Of a DNA stretch of 64,000 nt, positions 56,270-64,000 are shown piece by piece. Below the pieces are notes generated by a model, which ran no database searches, was not told where the DNA came from, and saw only the letters and a program-made list of their open reading frames with translations. Source of the stretch: Bacillota bacterium (GTDB taxonomy: Bacteria > Bacillota > Clostridia > Oscillospirales > Oscillospiraceae); assembly GCA_030535235.1 (NCBI GenBank), contig JAUNCL010000001.1, positions 13,518 through 77,517 of the forward strand, written 5' to 3'. Each line of letters starts with the position of its first letter. Position 1 is the first letter of the stretch. Position numbers and translations under genes: made by a program.

Positions 56270-57874
56270 GTGGCTTTTATGGGCCGCAGAAAGACAACTC
56301 CGGTTTCCTCCGGCCGTATTTGGAGGGCCGCCCTCTACGCCCGTCTCTCCCGGGAGGACGGCGACAGGGGGGAGAGCAACAGCATCGCCACCCAGAAGGC
56401 CATCCTGGAGGAGTACATCGCCGGGGACCCCACCCTGTCCTGCGCCGGGGTCTACGTGGACGACGGCTGCACCGGCACGAACTTTGACCGGCCCGGCTTC
56501 CGGCGGATGATCCGGGATATTGAGGCCGGCCGCATCGACTGCGTCCTGGTGAAGGATCTGTCCCGCTTCGGCCGGGACTACATCGACACCGGCCACTATC
56601 TGGAGCGCTGGCTCCCCGACCACGGGGTCCGGTTCATCGCCATCAGCGACAACATCGACAGCGCCAAAAACGCCTACGACCTGCTGCTCCCCTTCAAGAA
56701 CGTGTTCAACGAGCAGTACGCCCGGGACATCTCCCAAAAAGTCCGGGGCTCTGTCCGGGCCAAGCAGGAGAAGGGCCAGTTTATCGGGGCCTTCCCCTCC
56801 TATGGCTACCGCAAATCCCCCCACGACCACAACAAGCTGGAAATCGACCCCGTGGCCGCCCAGGTGGTCCGCCGGGTTTTTGACCTCTTCGAGTCCGGCA
56901 TGGGAAAGGTCCGCATCGCCAAGACCCTCAACGCCGAGGGCATCCCCTGCCCCAGCGAGTACAAACGGCTCAATGGCGACAACTACAACAACGGGCATCG
57001 GATCAGCAGCACCACCTACTGGACCTACTCCACCATCCACCGGATGCTCCAGAACGCCATGTATGTAGGGACCATGGAGCAGGGCCGCGCCCCCCGGGCG
57101 GGGATGCACGGCCAGCCCAAAATGCTGGACCCAAGCCAGTGGGTGCTGGTGCCCAACACCCACGAGCCCATCATCTCCCGGGAGCAATGGGACCGGGTGC
57201 AAGCCCTGCTCCAAAAGAACACCCGGCAGCTGACCTTTGACCAGAATCTCAGCCCCTTCGCCGGGTATTTGAAGTGCGGCGACTGCGGACGGGCCATGTG
57301 CAAAACCCGCAGCAACCAAATCATCCGATACGGCTGCGGGTCCTATAAGCGCTACGGCCCCACGGTCTGCTCCTCCCACTCCATCACCCACGAGGAGCTG
57401 TCTGCCATCGTTCTGGAGGATCTGAACCGGATCATCGGCAGCATCCAGGACCTAAAAAAGCTGGCCGAGGAGGCCACACCCTCCGTTCCCAAGCGGGACC
57501 TGTCCCTGGAGCGGGACCGTCTTCAGGCCAGCCTGGACCGAATCTACCGTCTGAAGAAAACCGCCTATGAGGACTACCGGGAGGGCCTTCTCTCCAAGGA
57601 AGATTTTCTCCGCTACAAGGCCGACTACGAGACCCAGGAGAAACACCTGACCAAGCAGCTGGAACAGCTCAGCGAAGAAAAGGAATCGAATGTGCTGGAC
57701 AACCCATGGGTCGCCAGCCTTCTGCAGCACGGCAAACTCACCGAGCTGGACCGGGCCACCATTGCCGAGACCATCCAGGAAATCCGGGTCTACTCGGACG
57801 GCCGCATCGCGATCACCTACCGCTTCGCCGATGACCTGGGCCTGTTCCCCGACACCGAACCCCCAGAACCATAA
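56270..57874 (+). CDS. Large serine recombinase (integrase of an integrative element)
   Basis: ALYARLSRED, KDLSRFGRD, recombinase domain, zinc ribbon LKCGDCG..YGC, coiled coil, IRVYSDGRIAITYRF. Confidence 0.93.
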   Translation: MAFMGRRKTTPVSSGRIWRAALYARLSREDGDRGESNSIATQKAILEEYIAGDPTLSCAGVYVDDGCTGTNFDRPGFRRMIRDIEAGRIDCVLVKDLSRFGRDYIDTGHYLERWLPDHGVRFIAISDNIDSAKNAYDLLLPFKNVFNEQYARDISQKVRGSVRAKQEKGQFIGAFPSYGYRKSPHDHNKLEIDPVAAQVVRRVFDLFESGMGKVRIAKTLNAEGIPCPSEYKRLNGDNYNNGHRISSTTYWTYSTIHRMLQNAMYVGTMEQGRAPRAGMHGQPKMLDPSQWVLVPNTHEPIISREQWDRVQALLQKNTRQLTFDQNLSPFAGYLKCGDCGRAMCKTRSNQIIRYGCGSYKRYGPTVCSSHSITHEELSAIVLEDLNRIIGSIQDLKKLAEEATPSVPKRDLSLERDRLQASLDRIYRLKKTAYEDYREGLLSKEDFLRYKADYETQEKHLTKQLEQLSEEKESNVLDNPWVASLLQHGKLTELDRATIAETIQEIRVYSDGRIAITYRFADDLGLFPDTEPPEP

Positions 57875-57983
57875 CCAGGGCAGACATTCCAATCGAATGC
57901 CTGCCCTGGTTTCTTTTTTATCAAAAGAAAGGGCAAAAAAACACGCAAGCCCGGCCCTTCAACAGGGTGGCTTGCGTGTTTTT
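57873..57983. terminator. Two convergent terminator hairpins
   Basis: AACCAGGGCAGACATTC..GAATGCCTGCCCTGGTT-TCTTTTTT and AAAAAACACGCAAGCC..GGCTTGCGTGTTTTT. Confidence 0.8.
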
Positions 57984-57994
57984 CCGTGTCTTTG

Positions 57995-59065
57995 TTACAG
58001 GTTTTTCATGTCCTCCACGGGGTCGTAGTCCGGGTCCTGGATGACCTTCTCCGTCATGGTGGCAAGCAGGGCTACGGCCTTGTCCTCCTCCATGTCCAGG
58101 AAGTTTTCCAGGCCCATGGCGTGGAGGGGTTTTCGTATGGCCCGGGTGATCTTGGAGTCCGCCCGGGTCCGCAGGGAGCCCCGGTGGATGCCTCTGGCCA
58201 GCGCCGTCAGGAGGCCCCCCAGGCCGTCCTGACGGTAGGCCCGGCTCAGGGGCATGACCTCCCACTTGGCGTAGCACAGGGGCCGGCGGTCGCTGGCGGC
58301 GCTGATAAAATAGACCTTGTCATCCTCGATGATGATCTTCTTGACGATCTCGTGGCTGGTCTCCTTCCGCCGCTTGGGCTTCGTGGTCCCGGCGGCGTAG
58401 CTGGGCAGGTTGGCCTTGCCGTACTTGCCCACCAGGTAGGTGCGGACCTCCTGGTGGAGCTGGGTGTCGTCGGGCATCATCACAGGGAGCCGCTGGAGGA
58501 GCAGGGAGAGGGGCCGGTCGTCCCCCTGTTCCCGGCACCGGTGAATGGTCTCCCGGGCCAGTTTTTGGAACTCGTTCCGGTACTTCTCCCGGTAGGGCTC
58601 CACCCAGGGGTCTTCGGACTTGGCCAGGAAGGGGCCGGAAAAGAGGGTCATCGCCGCCATGGCCAGCCGAAGCCCCGCCGGGTCCTTCTCCCCGCAGGCC
58701 CAGAACTTGGCCAGCAGGTCATTGAGCCGGTCCTCGTCCACATCCAGGTTGTACCGGGGATTGATGCGGTAGGCCCCGCGGCTGTACTGGACCAGGCCGT
58801 TCTTCCCGCCCAGGCCCAGCGTGTCCAGGGCGTCCCGGAGGCGGGTCAGCCGCACCCGGGCGGCATTGTCCGTGCCCAGGTCCGGCCAGAGGGCGTGCAG
58901 CTCCGTCAGGGTGACCTCCCGGTCCCGGTGGGCCAGGATGTACTTGAACAGCCGCCAGGGCTTGGCCTGCCGGGAGGGGTTCTCCTCCAGTTCGCCCATG
59001 TGGTTTTTCAGGGTCACCGTGCCGAAGAGGGTGACACGGAGGTAGTAGGTATCGGTTGTGGGCAT
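57995..59065 (-). CDS. SARP/BTAD-like transcriptional regulator (winged helix + BTAD) with an extra C-terminal domain
   Basis: LRVTLFG, LFKYILAHRDREV, LWP..ARVRLTRLRDAL, YRINP, VDEDRL, AMTLFSGPFL. Confidence 0.65.
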   Translation of the reverse strand: MPTTDTYYLRVTLFGTVTLKNHMGELEENPSRQAKPWRLFKYILAHRDREVTLTELHALWPDLGTDNAARVRLTRLRDALDTLGLGGKNGLVQYSRGAYRINPRYNLDVDEDRLNDLLAKFWACGEKDPAGLRLAMAAMTLFSGPFLAKSEDPWVEPYREKYRNEFQKLARETIHRCREQGDDRPLSLLLQRLPVMMPDDTQLHQEVRTYLVGKYGKANLPSYAAGTTKPKRRKETSHEIVKKIIIEDDKVYFISAASDRRPLCYAKWEVMPLSRAYRQDGLGGLLTALARGIHRGSLRTRADSKITRAIRKPLHAMGLENFLDMEEDKAVALLATMTEKVIQDPDYDPVEDMKNL

Positions 59066-59120
59066 GGCAGGCCCTCCTTTTGGGGAATTAGGAATCAGGC
59101 GTTAGGAATTGGGGGTGAGC

Positions 59121-59422
59121 CGCCTCCCTCTGATGAGGGAGGTGCCCCGAAGGGGCGGGGGGAGAGATACCCCGGCGTATAGGTACGCAATACCCTTTCA
59201 CATATTCTATCTCTCCCTCAGTCAGCGCTTCGCGCTGCCAGCTCCCTCATCAGAGGGAGCCAAGGGGTGGGTGGCAGACCACCGCCCATCGTAGGGGCGA
59301 TTCATGAATCGCCCGTGCCTCGTAGAGGGTATCTGACACGTTTCGGGCGCTTCGTGAAGCGCCCCTACGAAATGGGTGCGTGACGAACCACCGCCCGTAG
59401 GGGCCGATGACCACATCGGCCC
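59121..59422. repeat. Cluster of REP-like palindromes (GTAG family) and an inverted doublet
   Basis: CTCCCTCTGATGAGGGAG and its inverse. GTAGGGGCGATTCATGAATCGCCC and the inverted GGGCGCTTCGTGAAGCGCCCCTAC. GTAGGGGCCGATGACCACATCGGCCC. Confidence 0.8.
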
Positions 59423-59459
59423 ACCCACGTTGGGTGGCCGCACACACGGCGGAATGTAC

Positions 59460-59499
59460 CACAAACACCCCCCGGGCAAAGCCCGAGGGGTGAGTTTGT
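59460..59499 (-). terminator. Terminator of the S-layer gene
   Basis: ACAAACACCCCCCGGGCAAAGCCCGAGGGGTGAGTTTGT imperfect hairpin. Confidence 0.6.
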
Positions 59500-59548
59500 G
59501 TGTGAGTTGTAAGAGACTTACAATGTGGACTGAATCAGGGATTCAGGA

Positions 59549-62131
59549 TTAGTTGAAGACCTTCTTCTCAATGTCGTTCTGGACATCGGCAAAGATGTAG
59601 GTCAACTCGTAGTCGCCATCAGAGTTTTTGCTGCCATATGCAGCGTAAACATTCTTTTCCTTGCCGTCCTTGCCATCCAAGTCGGATGCAACCTTCAGTG
59701 CACCTTCAGCGCCCTTGGTATCCTGTGCGTTGATGTAGATGATCTGAGTGTCATCGGTAATCACATAGCTGTTGTCGTTGTCGTTGTCGAAGTAGAGGAT
59801 ATCGTCGACAGCACCAGCGCCAGTGAGGCCAGTGATAGCATAGTTGGTGCCAGTCAGCTCGGTCAGCTTGCTGTTTTCATACTTGACAAAGTCACCCTTA
59901 GCCACATCACTATAGGCGTTGGCAGACTTGACCTTGATGGTCTGTTCGCCAGTAGCAGTCCAAATCTTGAAGGAGCTGTACTTGGTGTCGCCTTCCTTGG
60001 TTTCGCCCAGCAGTTCAATCACATATGCATAAACTGCATCGGAGGAAGCATCGGGGGTATCCTGGCCAGCGGCCATCTTAACGACAGCCAGTTCAGTGTA
60101 AGCAACGCCGTTGGTCTTGTTTGCGTATGCGGTAGCACCGTTAGTAGCAACAGTGGTCTCGCCCCAAGCAGCAACGGATGCGCCGGTCTTGACAGAGACG
60201 TCGCCGTCCTTGTCAACGACAAAGACAACAGCATCAGCGTTCACGCGCAGACCTGCAATCTTGTCCTTGCCAACCTTGTTCCCGGTTGCAGATGTATCGA
60301 AGTCACCCTTATCGGTGCCAGCGCCATCATCAGTGGTGATGGTCTTCAGAGTGTACTCGCCGTCATCCAGGTCGAAGGAATACAGGCCATCAATAGCATG
60401 ATTGCCATTTGCCCCAATAGCAGCAATGATCTTCTGTTCACCAGTCTTTGCATTTTCAGTGCCTGCAGCATCATCCTGGTACTTGGAAGTCTCAACAACG
60501 TTAATTTCAGCGGTAGTACCGTCAGCGAAGGTTGCCTTGGCAATGACGGTCTCGGTGCCGTAATCGTTGTCGACCTTAGCGCCGGAGATGTAGACGATCT
60601 CATCCATAGATGCAATACCGGAAACCTTCTCTGCGTGGAAGATATAGCCGTTCACAACAACTGCCTCAACAGTATCGCCCAGCTTCAGAGCATCACCATT
60701 GATGTTGTTACCGATAACATAAACGGTACCGTCGATAGTGACCTTCTCTCCATTAACGACGCTCACTTCGCCAGAGATAACTTCTGCCTTAGCAAAAGTG
60801 TCCTTGCAGTCCACAGCGTTTGCCTTAGCGGTGATGATGGTGTAATCATCCTCAGCAATGCCCTCATAGACGTTTACCTTCTCGGTGGTGTAGGTATCAC
60901 CAGCCTGGAAGGACTTTGCGCCAACGAAGGTAACCTCTTTAACAGTGAAGGGATACACAACGATGGTGTCGATCTTGCCGTTGTCGTTGTTGTCAATAAC
61001 CTTGAAGGGGAATGCTTCGTAGCCGTCCATACCATTCGCATCGGCTCTCGCCTCAACCCCGTAGCCAATGACGTCGCGGACATCGGCAATCTTATCAGCG
61101 CCGAAATAGTAGCCAGTGGTTTTTTCCAGCTTGTAGTCAACACCGTCGATGGTGACCTCTTCGGTTTTACTGCCGATCTCGTCCAGATCGTCAATGTCAC
61201 CCAGAACACCTTCTGCAATGACAGCACTGTCGTTGGGAACGATACCATAGACATCCTTGTTCTTGTAGATGACCTTCACGTTCATGCCGAACAGATCAGT
61301 GTAGTCCTGGTCGGTGGTATAGAAACCGTTGCCAACTGCGTAGGTCCACTCACTCTTGTCGGAGTCATAAGTCCAGTCAAGCAACTGGCCTTTATCCTCA
61401 GAAGTGCCGTACTTGTCAACCATCAGGGTGACAGCATACTTTTCGTTGTCGCCATAGTAAGCGACCTTGTCCTTAACAGCAACCTGGGAAGTCAGGTTGC
61501 CGTTTGCATCAGTAACCAGAGTGTAGGTGTACTCAACCTCAGCAGCCTGGAGAGCGTTCCAAACCATCTGGGCAGCGTTGTCGCGGGTCAGAGCCACGGA
61601 GGGATCCATGGTCTCCAGGTCTTCGTACAGGCCCTTCTGAGTAGCCTTCACGTTAACATTGACTTCCCAAGCGGAGCCCACGAACTTCTCGTGGTCAGCG
61701 CTGAAGCCCAGAGCGGTCAGCAGCATCTTGGCGAACTGGGAGCCGGTGACGTTGCCAGCGGGGTCAAACTTGCCGCCGCCGACACCAGCAACGATGCCTT
61801 CGGAGTAGCAATACTCAATGTAACCCTCGGCCCAGTGGCCCTTGATGTCGGTGAAGGAAGCGGTAGCGTTGGTGCCCAGGACGGGCTCCTTGCCGCCGTT
61901 CAGGGCGATGCAGATCATCTTGCATGCCTCAGCACGGGTGATGTTACCTTCGGGCTTGAAGGAACCATCTTCGTAACCGTTGATGATGTTCAGTGCAGAG
62001 CACATGTCAACGGCCTCAGTGTTCACGATCTTTTCCTGATCCTTGAACGCTGCGCCTGCGCCCACGACCATGACGGACAGCATCACGGCCATGCAGAGCA
62101 CCAGGCTGAGAAGCTTCTTAAAGTTTCTCAT
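59549..62131 (-). CDS. S-layer protein with N-terminal SLH domains
   Basis: Sec signal ending AGA-A. IINGYEDGSFKPEGNITRAE, HWAEGYIEY, FDPAGNVTG, LTRDNAAQM. Acidic Thr/Asp/Val-rich body with strongly biased codons. Confidence 0.9.
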   Translation of the reverse strand: MRNFKKLLSLVLCMAVMLSVMVVGAGAAFKDQEKIVNTEAVDMCSALNIINGYEDGSFKPEGNITRAEACKMICIALNGGKEPVLGTNATASFTDIKGHWAEGYIEYCYSEGIVAGVGGGKFDPAGNVTGSQFAKMLLTALGFSADHEKFVGSAWEVNVNVKATQKGLYEDLETMDPSVALTRDNAAQMVWNALQAAEVEYTYTLVTDANGNLTSQVAVKDKVAYYGDNEKYAVTLMVDKYGTSEDKGQLLDWTYDSDKSEWTYAVGNGFYTTDQDYTDLFGMNVKVIYKNKDVYGIVPNDSAVIAEGVLGDIDDLDEIGSKTEEVTIDGVDYKLEKTTGYYFGADKIADVRDVIGYGVEARADANGMDGYEAFPFKVIDNNDNGKIDTIVVYPFTVKEVTFVGAKSFQAGDTYTTEKVNVYEGIAEDDYTIITAKANAVDCKDTFAKAEVISGEVSVVNGEKVTIDGTVYVIGNNINGDALKLGDTVEAVVVNGYIFHAEKVSGIASMDEIVYISGAKVDNDYGTETVIAKATFADGTTAEINVVETSKYQDDAAGTENAKTGEQKIIAAIGANGNHAIDGLYSFDLDDGEYTLKTITTDDGAGTDKGDFDTSATGNKVGKDKIAGLRVNADAVVFVVDKDGDVSVKTGASVAAWGETTVATNGATAYANKTNGVAYTELAVVKMAAGQDTPDASSDAVYAYVIELLGETKEGDTKYSSFKIWTATGEQTIKVKSANAYSDVAKGDFVKYENSKLTELTGTNYAITGLTGAGAVDDILYFDNDNDNSYVITDDTQIIYINAQDTKGAEGALKVASDLDGKDGKEKNVYAAYGSKNSDGDYELTYIFADVQNDIEKKVFN

Positions 62132-62323
62132 AGGAATTACCTCCTGTTAGAATATTTACATAAAGCCCGATGTGTCACCGGACATTATGCCATGTTGAGA
62201 GGCTCATTGTGTTTCGCGCTGTCGCGCGAAACACAAATAGGGACGTCCCTATTTGTGTACTTTCTAAACGAAAGCTTATTTCCTTGAGCCCTTGTCGGAT
62301 ACACTCCAACAATTTACAAGCGC

Positions 62324-62352
62324 ATTGTACACGGCGGAAACGCCCCTGTCAA
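62324..62352 (-). promoter_or_regulatory. sigmaA promoter of the S-layer gene
   Basis: TTGACA-N17-TACAAT on the minus strand. Confidence 0.75.
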
Positions 62353-62429
62353 TGCCCTCCGGCCCATTGTAAAATAACTGTAACATTCCACCCCACGTCA
62401 TGGTGGAGTCCGCTGCGTATCCGGTTTCC

Positions 62430-64000
62430 TTATCCGATTGGTTCAAAATCCGCGGCCCCGTGCTTGCACAGGGGGCAGACGATATCGTCAGGCAGGGTAT
62501 CTCCCTCGTAGACCCAGCCGCAGACCTTGCAGACAAAGCCCTTTTTCCCCTCGGTCTGAGGCTTGGGCTTGACATGGTTCTGGTAGTAGGTGTACGTCAT
62601 GGTGTCCCGGTCCGAGATCACCCGTGCTTCCGTGACCGAGCAGATAAACAGCCCGTGGCTGTCCAGATCGATATAGTTTTCCACCTTCAGGCTCATGAAG
62701 GCGTTGATATACCGGGGCAGGAAGCGCAGGCCGTTGTCACTGCGCAGCTCGTCGATCCCGGCGAACTTATCCGCCGTCCGGCCGCTCTGGAAGCCGAAGG
62801 TCTGGAACACAGAGAAGGGCGCGGAAACATCCAGGCAGTTGACATTCATGACGCCGGTCTTCTTAATGACGTCGTGGGAGTAATTTCGCTTGTTGATGTT
62901 CACCGCCACCCGCTGGGGATTGTCGGTCAACTGGGAAACCGTGTTGACGATCAGGCCGTTGTCCTTGGTCCCGTCGTGGGAGGTCACCACATACAGGCCG
63001 TACCCGATCTTGAACAGAGCGGTCATATCCTGCTTGTTGGCGGTGGCGTCCTGCTGGGCCAGATACTCCCGGCACAGCTCGTTGGCCATGGCTTCGATCT
63101 GCCCTCTGCTCCCCTCGTTCAGCGCAGACAGGATCCTCACCGTGGTTTTGGTGAAGGTCAGGTTTTTGCTCCCCGACAGCATCTCCCGCATCACTCTGGC
63201 TGCCATGGGCGCCCAGGAGCCGTTTTCGATGAGGCCCACGGTGCGGTTCTGGAAATCCCGCTCGGTCAGGTGGTGGATAAACTCCTTCATGAAGGGGAAG
63301 ATGTCCGCGTTGTAGGTGGTGGTGGCCAGCACCAGCTTGCCGTAGCGGAAGGCGTCCTCCACAGCTTCCCCCATGTCGCACCGGGCCAGATCGGTGACCA
63401 CCACCTTGGGGCAGCCCTTCTCCCGGAGCTTCTGGGCCAGCAGCTCCACCGCCGCCTTGGTGTTGCCATATACGGAGGTATAGGCGATCATGATGCCCTC
63501 GCTCTCCACCTGGTAGGAGGACCAAATATCATACAGCTTGAGATAATACCCCAGGTTTTCTGTCAGCACAGGGCCGTGAAGGGGGCAGATGATGTCGATC
63601 TCCAGATTCTGGGCCTTTTTCAGCAGCGCCTGCACCTGGGAGCCATACTTGCCCACGATGCCAATGTAGTACCGGCGGGCCTCGCAGGCCCAGTCCTCCT
63701 CCACATCCAGGGCGCCGAACTTGCCAAAGCCGTCGGCGGAGAACAGGACCTTATCATAGGAATCATAGGTCACGATGACTTCGGGCCAGTGGACCATGGG
63801 AGCGGTGACGAAGGTGAGGGTATGCTTGCCCAGCTCCAGGGTGTCCCCTTCTCCCACCACGATCCGGCGGCCGGCGTAATCCTCGCCGAAGAAATTCTGC
63901 ATCATATCAAAGGCCTTGGCGGAAGAGACCACCACAGCCTCGGGATAGGCTGCCAGGAAGTTGGCAATGTTGGCGGAGTGGTCTGGCTCCATGTGCTGCA
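62430..64000 (-). CDS. fprA: Flavodiiron (FprA/A-type flavoprotein) fused to flavin reductase and rubredoxin domains; 5' end beyond the window
   Basis: EPDHS, APMVHWPE, FSADGFG, PLHGP, flavodoxin YTSVYGNT, flavin reductase IGYGLYVVT..HGLFIC, rubredoxin CKVCGW..CPLCKH. Confidence 0.88.
   Translation of the reverse strand, partial: QHMEPDHSANIANFLAAYPEAVVVSSAKAFDMMQNFFGEDYAGRRIVVGEGDTLELGKHTLTFVTAPMVHWPEVIVTYDSYDKVLFSADGFGKFGALDVEEDWACEARRYYIGIVGKYGSQVQALLKKAQNLEIDIICPLHGPVLTENLGYYLKLYDIWSSYQVESEGIMIAYTSVYGNTKAAVELLAQKLREKGCPKVVVTDLARCDMGEAVEDAFRYGKLVLATTTYNADIFPFMKEFIHHLTERDFQNRTVGLIENGSWAPMAARVMREMLSGSKNLTFTKTTVRILSALNEGSRGQIEAMANELCREYLAQQDATANKQDMTALFKIGYGLYVVTSHDGTKDNGLIVNTVSQLTDNPQRVAVNINKRNYSHDVIKKTGVMNVNCLDVSAPFSVFQTFGFQSGRTADKFAGIDELRSDNGLRFLPRYINAFMSLKVENYIDLDSHGLFICSVTEARVISDRDTMTYTYYQNHVKPKPQTEGKKGFVCKVCGWVYEGDTLPDDIVCPLCKHGAADFEPIG

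Noticed and set aside
59121-59422. Palindromic repeat cluster considered as a CRISPR array
   Set aside because: Units differ in sequence and orientation, spacing is irregular and there are no cas genes; REP-like instead.
1-64000. tRNA/rRNA/tmRNA genes as integration sites
   Set aside because: No cloverleaf, GTTCGA T-loop context or rRNA-like sequence was recognised by eye.

Overview
Bacterial chromosome segment. Gene content, SLH proteins, ~60% GC core genes and sigmaA-type promoters suggest a gut Clostridia/Oscillospiraceae-like Firmicute (inference). Left to right: (1) 5' part of gltB and a lipoprotein gamma-glutamyl hydrolase (peptidase C26). (2) A Dpp/Opp-type ABC importer operon with two amidohydrolases, behind a long leader containing a terminator. 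(3) A ~21 kb lower-GC surface-glycan cassette bracketed by two diverged ~220-240 bp direct repeats. It holds GT-C/GtrA/GtrB genes, Wzm/Wzt, GT4, an O-antigen-ligase-like protein and a WcaJ-like transferase. Embedded in the wzm/wzt operon is a RiPP-like module: nucleotidyltransferase, HprK-like kinase, GT8, PqqD/RRE, S24/S26 peptidase and a 60-aa Ser-rich peptide with a lasso-type leader, but no lasso cyclase. (4) A Schlafen/AlbA_2 gene, glf, a 5'-truncated epimerase, a mosaic SLH protein and galE. (5) Mobile-element segments: relaxase/MobC/degenerate D5 helicase; a direct-repeat-flanked AAA-DUF4143 insert; amidoligase + GATase + resolvase + large serine recombinase. (6) A SARP/BTAD-like regulator, a REP cluster, a major S-layer protein gene and the 3' part of a flavodiiron protein gene. 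No rRNA, tRNA or CRISPR array was seen. All family calls come from motif recognition by eye, not from database searches. The best candidate for an undescribed system is the cyclase-less, peptide-linked phospho-glycosylation/export operon at 19342-24581.
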